A stretch of DNA of 63,484 nucleotides, filler included, from Sphacelaria rigidula (taxonomy: Eukaryota): assembly GCA_964200075.2 (NCBI GenBank). It is 8 parts of 8 records of this genome, joined end to end, with 100 filler letters (N's around TTAATTAATTAA, not from the genome) between each part and the next. Parts side by side here need not be neighbours in the genome. Positions count along the whole stretch, not along the records: positions 47,689 to 55,536 come from CAXNAA020013253.1; positions 55,637 to 63,484 come from CAXNAA020013254.1; 6 more parts are not named here. One strand, 5' to 3'. A model generated the notes under the pieces. The model was not told the origin of the DNA. It searched no databases and saw only the letters and a program-made list of their open reading frames with translations. The translations under genes were made by a program, and so were the position numbers. Positions within the stretch are counted from its first letter, which is position 1. Each line of letters opens with the position of its first letter. Positions 50,796 to 63,484 of this stretch are shown one piece after another.

Positions 50796-53117
50796 CTCAC
50801 GAGCTTGTGGCTTGAACCCTGGTTCATTTCGCTGCTCTCGTACTCAACCCTTATCCTGTAGAAGGGGGTGTTGAGACTTCGGAGATTTGCTGAGAGGAGA
50901 GAGAGATTACTCTGCGGCGTCTAATTCCTTCACAAAACAATTTTCAACGCCTTGCCCATTGGTGGAAACCGTAGTCCTCCAACCTGCCAGAGTCTTCTCG
51001 TGCGTTCTTAAAAAAAGCGCGGCGCAACCCTTACGGGAGGCATGGACCAAGCAGATCGTAGAGAAACACGTCATGGAAGACCTAAACGTATTCTAGTTCG
51101 CCGTGTGTGTTACGTGGTCGTTCCCCGTTTGCTCGACCCGTTGTGCATCAGCTTCTCCAACAGGGTGGACCGTACACAAACAAGAACCGACAATCAGAAA
51201 CTGCGGCATGGGAGCACTGCCCTATGAACACAAACAGGGAATACTTCAGCAAGGATTTTCCCTCTCCCGGTCGGATTCTCACAGATAGAACCCATGACAA
51301 AACCCCGACGAAGCGGAATCTCTTGTAATATACAGGTCCGCATCTTCCACAAAACGACAACGCATTTTTTTTCTTTACCAAGGGGGCGTAGCCTTGCTCC
51401 GAGGGGATCGGCGATAAGTGTTGCGGCCCCCAGGCACCCCCGTCTGGCCCCCGCGGCCACGAGCGGGCGCCGGGGTGACCCTCCACCGCCTGAGTGTTGT
51501 GTCGCATCGGGCGTTTCCCTCCCTTTTCGGAGAAGTACTGCCCTGGTCGGAGCGAGCGTTCCCAGGCTGCAAGGAACCGCAAACGTCCGATTTACAAGAA
51601 AAAGAAGGGAAAAAATCAGAGTTTTCCCCGCAAATACTTGAAGAGATAGCAGACGAAAATTTGCACGGAATTGTTGTGCTGGACATGGCAACAAAAGAGT
51701 ATTGAAAAAGGGCGCAGTAAAACACGACGGGAAACAAATATGTTGGTCATTTCAGCCAACACAACAGTTTGAGTGGTATGTATCTACATGACAAACGAAT
51801 GTATGTGTGTGATTGGTTCTATCTGCGAATGTGAAAGCTGTGAATAAGGAGATTACCCCGCGACTGAAATTACATTTATTCGCCCGCGGCATATCTATGC
51901 GCGTACCTAGCGCATGAGCATGCTGTACAAAATAGCACCACCCACATCAACGGAAGAGGCAGGCCCTGGCCTTCACACGCATGCCGTACAAAACAGCATT
52001 ACATCAGGGAAAGTGGCAGACCCTGGCGATAACACCTCATCCCTTCACGATTGTTGCAATCTTGACGCGAAGACCGGGCGGCATGGTTCCAGCAGAATGT
52101 TCCCTGGAGGTAGATTTCCACGACTTTGGCGTCAACTAATGTGGTATGATTGCTCGGTTATTCCTATCTGTCCTCTCCTAGCATCTTGTCCGGGTTGAAT
52201 TGAACACGACAGAACGCAAACCCCAACAGCACCCTACTTCTAAAACCGCGATTCCCACTTAATAGCTCCCGACCTCCACTTGATAGCCCGCATTGTAGAC
52301 AAAAGGCCTGTGAGAAACGGGCCGGACCTCGTGATTAAAATCCCAAATAAAGGTCTGACCGACCGGTCCCGACCAAGTCATCATTTGAATTAGTAACGTG
52401 AAAATATCTGGGTCAATGCCACTACTGTTTCGCTTTTTCGCATTACACGCATTTCAAAAAGCTATTTAGAGTCCAATGTTGACGAATGACTCTCATGACT
52501 TACGCGGAACACTTGTCGAACACACGTGGTGATGTTGCACGTGAGGGAAAGGGCGACACGATGCCCTTGACATGCATGTGAAATGTAGAATCATGGGGCC
52601 AAATGCGTATGCGTACGCTCGCCAGACGCCACCGACCGGCTCTGTTAGTATATCGACTCGACGAAGATGTGAAAAACAACAGCTTTGCTCAACCTTATTT
52701 TCAGCGCCAGCAACCCTCGGGCGGACCACACGAGAGGTCGACATAATTATTTTCTAAACTGCCTGCTTCGAAAACTTGCACATTCATTTAGAACAGAGTA
52801 TCGGAGCATCCCCCCGTTTCCTGCGGCCGGTTCGTTGTTTTGTGCTTGATGGCATCACCGTCGTGGTGGAAACATGGCTCTCGGTGTGCATGCGCATTTG
52901 AAACACTGCTACAGCCGTGTTGTAGCTCTCGGTGTGATGTTATCACGCCTCCGCCACTTGGGTGGCTTCTGTGCTATGCAAAGCTTTAGTAATCGTTCGT
53001 CAGTCAGTCACGAGACAGCCACCCAAGTCGGGTAGGCATGAGCTGCGCCATACCACTCAATAGTTAACTGCCTTATAGCGAAATAGACACCAGTGCGGAA
53101 TTTGCAGATTTCGTCGA

Positions 53118-54900
53118 ATGTGGACAAGGACTGTTCCCATTCAATGCTATCAGCGGAAGAGCGCCCGCGGCCGCCGCCGCCGCCGCCGGACGGGTGGGCG
53201 GCCCTACCAACGGAGCTCTGGTCGTCGTCGGCATGAAAACATCTGCCACCACTGGCACAGCACCAGTGGCGCCTCCGGCAGCCGATTAGGGTCGACTGAC
53301 GGCATCGCATCAGCGGCAACCCCTAGCACTGGAACAGTGGCGGCGGCTGAGCGCCTGCGTGGCCAACACAGTGGCAACCCTAAACCCCTGGACGTAACCG
53401 TGGAAGATGAAGATGCAGATGACGAAGGAGGACATCCTCGCCATTCGAGGTTGGGTTCAGGCGCGGGCGGAAAAGCGCAGGAGTTTCCAAGTGTGAGAGA
53501 GCTTCGACTTCCATTGATACCCAGCGTATACGGCGTTTCGGACGGGTCTACGCACGGGCAACTTCCTGCTTCCGCTGGCCGGCCTTCGCCGCATGGTAGC
53601 CATAGTCTGTGTGATAAGTAAGTACCATACCAGTGACTGGTCGTTCTGCACCTGATGCACATGGCACGGATGCCAGAATCGGACTTGACCATTGTGGAAC
53701 AGCTACTTTCGGCGTCGTTGCGCGACAACTGGAGTTGGGCAAGGGTGGGGCTTGACGAGCGACAGAAGATGACCAACAAGGTTATCGTAAACGTCCTCAA
53801 CGAGAACCCTGCTGCGCTGGAGAAGCTTGCTCCTATCGCCGACTGCTGAGACGTGGCGGTGAACGAGCAACTGTTCTTCGGGGAGGGCGCCAGGCAGAAC
53901 GCTGAAAGAGAGCTGTTTTTTAAATGCCAACTCCACGTGACGAAGGCGTATCAGAAGCTACACAGCGCTCCCGCAGTTACGCCGGCCGGCAAAGAGGTCT
54001 TGCATGCGCTGAACTGGCGAGTGGTCAGAGGTCTGCAGGCAGTGGCCGTTCTGTCGTGCTCTGATGTTTCTCAGAAGAAGCTGGACAATGACATCGCGTG
54101 TTACATGTTGGGCGACGAAACCAAAAATAGCGCAACAAAGCAGCAGATATACGTGATTCCGCCGAAGAACATGGTGACCAAACCGACGAAGAGTCAAGGC
54201 CGGAACTCGGCGTTGAAGTCAAACACAAGGAGTGACGCCATGTACACGCAGGATTTGCTGACCGCTCGCGAGGGATCATGGGAATGCCCAGTATCTCCCA
54301 GCAGGAGAAGGATAGTATTCTTGTCAAGCTCGGTGCGTGCGTCCCGTTCAACGATCTGAATTTCAATGAAGGAGAGAGGGATATCTGCTACCGATCTGTG
54401 GTCTGGTGGCGACAACGCTGGGAAACGAGCACACCCATCCGTGCCCACTCAGCCGCGAGCAGGTTACAGCCTGCCTCTGCCTGTCGTTGCTGAAATATTG
54501 AAATTGTTTTTGCACTAATGTTCGATTGTTCTCGCATGTATTCAAAGTAGTTACTCGAACGGGCAGACTGATCGACGCATTTTCCCCTGACGCGCGTCCG
54601 TCTTTATCTCATGCCGCCCCCTTGCCCGTCGATCCGGTCTCACCGTGCAGTGAGTGAGACCTGCCTGTTCCGATGCAGAGCTGCTAGATCCGTACAACGA
54701 AGCGCAGACTCATGCCATCGACTGCGCTGTGGAGGCGCATAGGGAATGTCCTCAGGCCGTTATAGAGAGTCGGTACCCGATAGTCGAAGCCTACCATGCG
54801 ACCAAGGTGCGTGCTGGACAGACGGACGCCGGGATCGAGTTCTCGGTGCTTGTATACGACGACCCTGACACCGTGGGAATTTATCAGGGCGCATGAACAA
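53118..54900 (+). pseudogene. Decayed coding sequence of unknown family
   Basis: ORFs 53118-53621, 53655-53849 and 53853-54359 share one frame, broken by TAA 53619, TGA 53634 and TGA 53847. Probable frameshift near 54275, intron-like segment ~54463-54650, and further coding-like text with a stop at 54894. Confidence 0.6.
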
Positions 54901-55469
54901 CGAGCGCGAACGGACATGCTGCAAACGTTCGACAAAAAGTTCCATCCCACGTTGATAGTGGCCCTTCCCCGAGCGCCAGTTTATCTGGTCACCGGTACTT
55001 TCAAGCGAGTAGTACTCGACAACAACATTGGACCGTTGATCGTCACGCACGGGGCCAGAACACCGCCTGCCCTGAGCGGATTCACGCCAACGGCTGTGGC
55101 AGGGGTAGGAGGGCACGTTGGACCGGAATGGGGAGGGAGAGCTTCGACTACGGCGGCGAGCGGGCGCGGGTCTGTGGCGGGTACGGTCCCCTGCGTGGGT
55201 GTCGCCAGTGAGAGGTAAGACGCGCGTATTCAGCGATCCTGCGCCGCAGCGCTTACAAGCGGGGCGAGGTTGGGGGCAAACGCTGCCGGTACGGGTGATA
55301 GATCGACAGGACCCGCCCGGCGGTGTGTGGCAGCGGCGGTAGCATGTGAACGCAGGGCGGCAGAGCAGCGACGGTGATGGCAGACGCAGCGGGATCGCCA
55401 GTGTTGGTGGCTGCGGGCTGGGGGGTGCAGCCCGGCAGGCAACGGTAGCAGTATTGCTGAGCGAGCCAC

Positions 55470-55536
55470 GGGGGGGGAGGGGGGGGGGGGCGCACCCATT
55501 TGTTGCTTGGCTTAGGCCTTTGACCGTTGACCACGC
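55470..55536 (-). mobile_element. LINE 3' end with C-tail at contig edge
   Basis: Reverse complement gcgtggtcaacggtcaaaggcctaagccaagcaacaaatgggtgcg followed by a C-run. Confidence 0.75.
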
Positions 55537-55636
55537 NNNNNNNNNNNNNNNNNNNNNNNNNNNNNNNNNNNNNNNNNNNNTTAATTAATTAANNNNNNNN
55601 NNNNNNNNNNNNNNNNNNNNNNNNNNNNNNNNNNNN

Positions 55637-55710
55637 CGTCTCGAAAGGGATGCGTGGTCAATGGTCAGACGACTAAGGCAAGCAACACATGAGAACGCCC
55701 CCTCCCCCCC
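55637..55710 (+). mobile_element. LINE 3' end with C-tail at contig edge
   Basis: cgtctcgaaagggatgcgtggtcaatggtcagacgactaaggcaagcaacacatgagaacg followed by a C-run. Confidence 0.8.
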
Positions 55711-57575
55711 GCGCGCGTACGGTTGACCACCTTACATGCGAATCGAATATACAAAATATATGACAAGTATGGATGGGGTAGGGTCATCAACCCCGACATG
55801 TCGAATTCACATGAGGTTGGGGTCTCGTGGTGAGATACCCGTAAAACCTAACCGGTTTCCACCAGGCGGTGAAAATCTGGTCAGAGGTTTTCCTGAAATT
55901 TCAGACATCAGGTGCAAAAGGCGTCTAAGTGAAGGGAAGGGGTGGATAATGCATGACATAAACGTCAAGACCTAATGCACTCATGAAACAAGTACCTCAC
56001 CAATGACCGACCACATGACCTACGAGAAGGGACACCAAGTGGTACGTAGACTTCTTGAGATCTTGAAGGATAGAAGCTGGTACGAAGCGTGGGGGAATCG
56101 TTGGCCAAGCTTTCGGCAGCGAAGGTCTACTCAGCAGCATTAGTGGAGTAGCGACCCATGGTGAATCGTACACGGAGTGGGAATGAGTGATCTATGGGAC
56201 ATCCGGATGTGAGGAAGACCTTGTGTTATGCAGGCCGTCCTTGAACCTTACACAATGAAAATGACCTCTCTGAAGGAAAGTAACCAGTACAGCAGCGGGG
56301 CAAGAAGATAGAAGATACGATCGTGCGACGCTTGTATGACTTAACATGAAGATCGCCTGGCACAAACATGGGGTACTTGTGTCAAAGGTGTTGAACTTGG
56401 CTTCAGGCTACGAGCCCATGTTGAAGGCATCATTTAGTGTCGGTGAGCCAGCAAAAGAACTGAAACGCACCAGACCCCCAATAAGTACTAGGATTGGGTT
56501 ATCCGAGTACCTTGACTATATCTCACCCCAAGACTTGAAACGAACAAGCCGGGGATATCTCGAAAGAGATCGAGAGGAGGCGGTAAGGAAGGGCGGATGG
56601 GGAAGTAAAGAGTGGACGGGTCAAGTACTAGTAGTGCTGGTATTCGGAGTCCGTGGCAATACGACAAGAATATAATTTAAAAGGAAATGCAATGAAGTAG
56701 GACTATATTGGTTGGCAAGAGGAAAAGTAGGAAGGGAGGGGGAACACTTCCGAGTCACGCTGAAACAGAGCGCGAGCAAGGAGTGGGAAAGGATAGAGAC
56801 ATGTAAGGTGTCGGCATGGGCTCGAAGGGTAGGGTGGAGGGTATGCATAGCTAATGGAACAGCAAAACTAATACGTAGTGCACGGGCAAACGGAGGGAAA
56901 GAGAAGCAGGAACAAGTTTGTGCCTGAAAGGGGAGGGGGAGGGGAGGGGACATAGCGGCCAGAAGCGAATAGACGAAGACCAAACCGGAAACGGGAAGTA
57001 GAATCAGGCAGGGCGAAATAGAAATTAAAAACGACGGAGAGACGATGTTTTGCCGGGGATTTTTTTAACCGAAATAGACGCCTCCGTGAGAAACGGTGGA
57101 TGATGGGAAATGTCTTGATTTCGCCCCGAGGTTCCGCACACCTTGTGCATGCAGCTGCGGACCTGGAAGCATTGCCCAAGTGGAAGGAGTGGGCTCGAAG
57201 ATGATCGAGGTGTCTTATATACCGACAAGCAGTTCCTCTCGCAAGTTGCACCGATAATGGTGCTGTCTGCTTGGAGCATTTGCAGAATCCATGCAGTCTA
57301 GGGCGAACACCAATCCCCCCCGTCGAATCTCACCTCCGATGTCATGGCAGAGCACGGCGTTCGCATGACGCCACCGACAGATACTAGGAGGGTTTTTTCA
57401 CCATCTAGAGAGTTCAATCTCTCCATAGCAAAAGGTTGTGTTGAAATCCATCCATGTCGTGCATGAAACGACGCGACTGAAGCTTGAAAAAGTTCAAACC
57501 TTCTTTCCGCACCAGTTCATGGACCATCTGGACTCCTGTGTACTGCACCAGCAGCACATAGCAGCAAGATAGAGG

Positions 57576-57740
57576 ACAGCACAGCACAGCGCAGCACAGT
57601 ACAGTTCACCACAGCACAGCACAGCACAGCACAGCACAGCACAGCACAGCACAGCACAGCACAGCACAGCACAGCACAGCACAGCACAGCACAGCACAGC
57701 ACAGCACAGTATAGTACAATACAATACAGTACAGTACAGT
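57576..57740 (+). repeat. (ACAGC)n pentanucleotide microsatellite grading into (ACAGT)n
   Basis: Direct reading. Confidence 0.95.
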
Positions 57741-57821
57741 AAAGTTCAGTGCAGTACAGAGCATTGCGCTGCTGGCGAAGTATACAGTAATAGCTTTGTG
57801 CTGAAGGGCGTTTACGGAAAG

Positions 57822-58226
57822 AAACAGGCAACACTATAAATTGAGGTTGTACGATGAAATGAGGTCCAAGCCCAAAACAGTGCTTTCCCCACACTTTCAG
57901 CGATGGTGCCCACTGACTTTTTTGTCGGCCTAATGCCCCTCGATCGCGTAGATACTTCTTCTACGCATTTTACCTACTCTATGGGCTTGCAGCGCTGACC
58001 GAAACAGTCATTTACCCTGATTATTTTAGGGGGGGGGGTGATATCAGGGGAAACGATGGTGTCGGTCAGCGCTGTAAGCCCACAAGAGTCGGTAAAATGG
58101 GCGATCCAGGGAAATTAGGCCGACAAAAACGCCATGGGTCACCGTCGCTGAAAGTGTGGGAAAAGCACTGTTGTGGGCTTGAACCTCATTTCATCGTAAA
58201 ACCTCATTTTATAAAATTGCCTGTTT
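57822..58226. mobile_element. Foldback MITE (M2-related termini)
   Basis: About 190-bp inverted arms, AAACAGG...CCTGTTT termini, subterminal tgaggtt...aatgaggt.caa..c.aaacagtgcttt motif. Confidence 0.85.
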
Positions 58227-58929
58227 AAAAAAAAACGATACATATAGTGCACGTGTGTATACAGCAATATTATTGAGACGTATCCACATCACTCCCATCT
58301 CCGCAACTCAGGGCCCACGTCGATACGAGGCTCGGGCTCGTGTCTCCTGTCTTCGGCATTGTTGAGTGATTGCGTCGTTGTCTCAGACAACCGGCGGTCC
58401 TCTGCCCGCCCCAGTAGGGGCGGGCCAGGAGGAGGGGAGTCCGACAGTGGATAGGAGCTGAGATCATGCATTGAAGAGCTTAGCATCAATATGCTCCACG
58501 CCGTATATTTCACTACACCACCACAATCCCAGGGAAAAAATCAATGCACCCAGGGTAGCTCCGCTCTTTCGTGCGCGGAGGAAGGTAAAATAATGTTCTG
58601 GGCGGGTATCGATGCTAGATTGGTGTGACCCAAGGTGGGGGATTCGCTGCCGCGGAACTGTCAAGTTTGGGTGCATCTCTCGTATGCAACCACCAGGGTG
58701 CATCAAATGTTTTTGACAATCCGACTACGAAAAAGCGAGGAAGCGAACAGTCTTCAGACAGTTTTGCCTGCCAATCTGTAAATATGACAGCGAATGATGC
58801 AACTACGATACGGAGCACAACATCCGTACGCGCGATATATGACCTGGCGTCACCACTGCGGGAAATCCTCCGCTCGTGATGGAAATATTCCGCGATAAGG
58901 TCGAATCGATGTAAGGCAACTACGAAAGT

Positions 58930-59342
58930 GTCAAGAAAAGTCAAAACCGTATGTTTCCCGACGGGAAAGCCACTGGGCGAAAATAAAGGGTTCTCTTTGC
59001 ACCACAGGACCCAAAGCCTGTGTTTGACACCGCTGCGCTCAACGAGAGAAATCTCAGCCGAGGTAACGTAATTTGTCAGCGTGACATTCAAACATGCGGC
59101 TGACGCCGTAGCCCTCAGCGAGAGCAATCTCAGCTGAGGCCGCAATGATTTGATGTTACTATGGAAAATCCCCCGGCAGTACTCCATAGTTCGGGTAAGT
59201 CATATGAAATCAATACGCTGTAACTACGAAATACACAGGGGAAGTCAAAGCGTATGGCTCCAATCGGAAAATTCTCTATGCGAAAAAACGGGCATACTTG
59301 CACCACAGGTCCCGAAAATGCCGAGGCCTGCGTTTGATGCTA
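58930..59342. repeat. Diverged direct repeat pair (~100 bp)
   Basis: aagtcaaaaccgtatg...tgcaccacaggacc...gcctgtgtttga (58938-59026) versus aagtcaaagcgtatg...tgcaccacaggtcc...gcctgcgtttga (59242-59337). Confidence 0.6.
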
Positions 59343-61266
59343 GTGAAGTGATGGGAAGGTAGACCGAGAGAGGGAGCGAGCTGGGTAGCGGTGGAGAGAT
59401 GGAAAGGTAGCCACTGAGAGGAGAGGGAGAGAGAGAGAAATGGAGAGGCAGATGTGGCCAACACAGAAAGAGGGGCTGACGACGAAACGGAGAATCGGGA
59501 ACTTCCGATAATGAAAACGGAAAAAGTACCGGGCTGTGGGGGCGATCGTAGAAAAAATAACTCGAAGGAAAAATACAGGGTTTTTGGCGCTTCGGTCCAC
59601 CGCTCAATTTGAGCAGTTCCAATAGAAAGGATCACGTGGAGTGTTCGGAGCTCAAGATGTGATTTGAAGATACTTGGAAACTTGGAGAAAGAATGGGATC
59701 CTAGAAAGAGGATAAAGTCTTGTGTGTCGGCTGGCGATCGGGTGCGCGACTTCGCCGTTACTGTTACTAATACCGCCATGATAAGACTGAACAGGATGCA
59801 CACATCCTTGTCCCTCAATAATCGTCGGCGAGGGTACCCCACGGGAAAAAAAGAACAAAGTGCTGCGGGAGAGTAGCTTATATAGAGCATACAGTGCTCG
59901 TCAACAGGACCGTCAAGTTTTAATTCCCCACCTTTGGAGTTTCAAATACGTCGAATAGGCAGCACATGCAATGTGTCCGTAGTACAGTGCACTGTACAGT
60001 TCTGCACCACGCCCAACGTTACGCTTCGAAGCAGGGGGTCCCCGATGCAGCACCACCGTACACTCCAGAGAAAAATGCAGATACCTTCATTTCGTGGATG
60101 AAGCATCTTGTGGCCAACACAGCGTATCTGTGTGTGCCTGCGTGGGTGCGCAAGTGATCCACAGGTGTAAGATTTTCAAAGCTCGGAAGATGACAATTTA
60201 TTTCCAGACAAATCAAAGCGGAAGCGCGGTATTTGAGCTCAAGCGTACAACTGAATCTGCGAAGCACAAGATTTCATAGCCAAAATCTGACTCCGGTGCT
60301 GTTTTTCTCCTTGTACCGGCATCGAGTGAATGTGTTCAAAGCTACGGATCTTCCGCCCAAGGGTTGACAAAAGTTACGGTTAATGCAAGGATTCTTATAC
60401 TCCTAGGTACCAACCATCCTGTGCCCCCTCGTCTGTGCCGTTATTGGTCGGGCATGGTGAGTTACGTTCAGGGATACGGTGTGCGTACCACGACCGATGC
60501 GTGCGAGTTTATGCGTGCTCGTTGAAAACCGTCGTTGGCGTCATTTACACCTTGCGGCACGAACTGACAGCCCAGTGCCATCAGCAATGCAGTACACTCA
60601 GCAAGACAAGCCTAGGAGTGGTACAGTACATTTCTCGAGTGCCACCTAGTGCCTTAGATCAGATCGGAGATTGGTAACGAAGGGGTAGCAGCTTTTTTTT
60701 TGCCAAGTCGAGGAGGAGGAAATATCCAGGGAGGATGCGGCAGAAGCGGGTCTTCGCGTTTTTGCGGATAACCAAGTGTGTACGGCAAAGCGCCGATTAT
60801 GCTGCCTCGCGTCTCGTCTAGAGGGTTCATTCAAAACGTTTCGAGCCAAATTCCGTGGGTGTCGCATTCGCGGGGTACGGAACGTTCGGCTCGAGACTTT
60901 GCACCTGAAAATTTCCGTTCACAGTTGTCGAGGGCTCCAGTACTGCTTCTAGCTATTTTCAGATCCGGTAAGGCGTCATATCTTTTGTAGGTACCGTTGG
61001 AATTTCAGCGTCAGTTGTGGGGGAAAGTGGGAAATTTCAGGCACACCTACTGCCGAAAAGCGATCAGGTATACCTGAACGTAACCACTCTCCTACATGGA
61101 TACATAGATACGCACATCCACGCAGATACATCCGTGCAACGTTTCGGATTGTCATGCCCTATTCACCATGACACCTACAGTACCTAGACCCTGGGAATGC
61201 TAGTATGTGCAGGATCAGCTGCATGCTCCCGTTCATCCCTCTGTGAACCGTCCTGTGTACACTCAC

Positions 61267-61383
61267 ATGGTGAGCAACTCTCCATTGGCACCTTGCATCT
61301 TGTAGTCTACACCGTGGTAGACCATCAAAGTTAAGACCAAAACGTAGCACAGCAGGGCCACGGCCTCGCCAACAGTGATCCAC
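61267..61383 (-). CDS. Internal exon encoding a hydrophobic (transmembrane) segment, unknown protein
   Basis: ccag|G...AT|gtgagt; WITVGEAVALLCYVLVLTLMVYHGVDYKMQGANGELLT. Confidence 0.45.
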
Positions 61384-62656
61384 CTGGAGGTTTTCGTCGA
61401 TGGTTCGGGAGGGAGGGTTAACGAGGAAACCAAACGGCCGATGGTAGGCACGACCTAGCAGTAGGTCATGAACCGATCTATCGTGCACAGCACAAACGTT
61501 TTGCTTGTATCTAGGCTTAGGTCGCTCGGGGTGCGAATACCAGGGGTACTGGCAGCCGATACTCCAGGTTCTTTATATGAGGGTCGTAATTGAGGAGGCT
61601 TTTCCCCATACTTTTTCGACTTTCTTGGGAAAATATTCCCGATTTTTCAAGAACAAAAAGAAAGAAGCTAAGTAAAACCCCAACGCTAAATTTTCTGAGT
61701 ACGATGTAGTCAGTCCTAAACTGTCCCATTCCTTGGCCTGGTTGATGAAGCTGCTGTCACATTTGTCGGGGCGGAAATTGTTTTTCACAATTGGAAATGT
61801 CTGAGGGAAAAAACGGCTTCGTCAATAACGAGGCTTACTGCGTGCTGAAAATTTCTGGAAATTCGGAGTATCTGGAGTACCTGTACTAAATCGTGAGCAA
61901 CTTTGATATTCTGGGTTCTGACCTGTAGCCATAACTCCAGACTCCAGAAGTCCACGCGAAAGACATGAAAAACGAAGGCAAAACCGTCGATTAGCACATC
62001 ATGACCGGAACCACGAAACTGCCACGAGTCGACGACACCTCTGAAAGCTGCACCACAGCGTACGTCGGCTTGCAATGCTTCGTGCTGTCATGCGGTGGAC
62101 TGCTGCTGGAAACCGAAGTATGTGGGCTGTATATGATTCTGTCTTAATAATGCGTGTGGCGTTCTCGCTGTGAGGATGTATTAGAAACACGTCCGAAGGG
62201 TGCGGAGTTGTCCGTCAAACGCGTGTTCCGCACTTTTCTGTGGGTAATGCTGTGTAGTGTTCGTACGTGATGCCGTTGGTGTAGACCGGGGGTGTACCGC
62301 ACATTACCGAGTACTGAAAATTACATGTCGGTTGTCAGATACGCGGGAAAATCCCGCATACTCAGTATCCATTTTGTTGTGATAAATAGTTGGCCATTTC
62401 CAGTGAGATCGTTTTTCTGCATCTATTATTTGTCAAGCTGATAATGCTGCGTACTGTACTGAGCTGTACTGACGATTGTGTTGCGTTTTTGTCTCTCAGT
62501 GACAGGCTTGACATAATTTAGCGGTAAAAGTGTTGAGATGAATTATTGCTGTCAAACAACGAGTTGGTAACTTTTTTGTCTTGCTTTTTGCTTCCTTGTC
62601 CCAGGCCACCGCGAGAAGACATGAGAGGCGTGCTGCACAGTTCTCGTGCACAGTTC

Positions 62657-63203
62657 CAAGGTTGTGTTCTGTAGGGTACGGTTTTCTGTATGCCCGGTGT
62701 ATTTTCTCGGGTATTTACCGAACCCGACAGTTTGTGACCTCTGTAAAACTTTCATACCGATACCCGACAGTTCTGTAAACTCTGTAAGATTTTCATACCC
62801 TTACCCGATTGTTCTGTGAGTTCTGTAACCCTCCCGTACCGTTACCGGGGGGCACGTGTATGCTGTTGGCAATATACCCGGTTGCGGGTACGGTTTTTTG
62901 TGCAACCTCCATACCCTACCCGACAGTTTCTGTGAGTTATGTAAGTCTCCCATTTCCTTACCCGACAGTTTGGTGAGTTCTGTACAGAATGTATACCCCT
63001 ACCCGGAGCGCGGGTATGCTCTTGAAGGAATACCTGATTGTCGGTACGTTTTCTGTAAGCCTCCCATACCCTACCCGACAAGTTATGTAACTTCCGGAAG
63101 ACTGTCGGACCGATACCCGATAGTTTTGTAATTTCTGTGAGACTTTCATAGCGGTACCCGAAAGTTCTGTCAGGAATTCCATACCCTACAGAACACAACC
63201 TTG
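62657..63203. mobile_element. hAT-type non-autonomous element with perfect 22-bp TIRs and 8-bp TSD
   Basis: TIR caaggttgtgttctgtagggta / taccctacagaacacaaccttg; TSD CACAGTTC at 62649-62656 and 63204-63211; interior made of tandem tacccgacagttctgt-like subrepeats. Confidence 0.9.
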
Positions 63204-63484
63204 CACAGTTCTCCATCCCTCATCGCCGCAACACCCCCCCCACAGATAGACCGGTTCCGTGGCAAACTGCAGTCCGCAGACAGCTACAACCATAACTGTA
63301 AACTGTAATCTCAACCTGCCATGATGACAAATAACAAACTACATCCAATCATGACCAACAACAAGCATAATACCTGCACGGCTTTAGATCCTTCGGGTGG
63401 AGGGGGGGGGGGGGGGGGGGGGCGGGGGGGGGGGGGGGGGGGGGGGCGGGGGTCTTGGACCGATTAAAGGAAAAAAAAAAACGG

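Noticed and set aside
50751-50800. Hammerhead ribozyme (CTGATGA)
   Set aside because: No GAAA core after stem II; it is an inverted copy of repeat module X.
53840-53855. Selenoprotein Cys-Sec (TGC TGA) motif
   Set aside because: The same frame has a TAA and other lesions and no SECIS was identified; a pseudogene is the simpler explanation.
55980-56700. Coding-like purine-rich stretch
   Set aside because: Multiple stops and no recognisable family; it cannot be supported as a gene.

Overview
This is eukaryotic genomic DNA, not one locus. It consists of eight unrelated contigs of exactly 7,848 bp, joined by identical 100-nt artificial linkers (N44-TTAATTAATTAA-N44); 8x7848+7x100=63,484. Many short exons in long introns and the repeat content suggest a brown alga (Ectocarpus-like Phaeophyceae); this assignment is an inference. 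Spliced genes reconstructed by hand from splice signals and codon phase: the 3' end of an ABHD17-like alpha/beta hydrolase; an FN3+PA-domain protein with a GC-AG intron and a 23-nt microexon; a complete eIF4B-like/RGG/W2 fusion gene head-to-head with a NASP-like histone chaperone; GH2 beta-mannosidase exons; a TBCA exon; several uncharacterised exons; and one clear pseudogene. The rest is rich in small mobile elements: 5'-truncated LINE 3' ends sitting in poly(C) tracts, two related tRNA-derived SINE families with structured tails, and several foldback or hAT-like MITEs. The best novelty candidates are an apparently poly(C)/poly(G)-targeted non-LTR retrotransposon and the eIF4B-like-W2 fusion. 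No CRISPR array, prokaryotic operon, rRNA or intact tRNA is supported. All family calls come from motif recognition; no database search was run.
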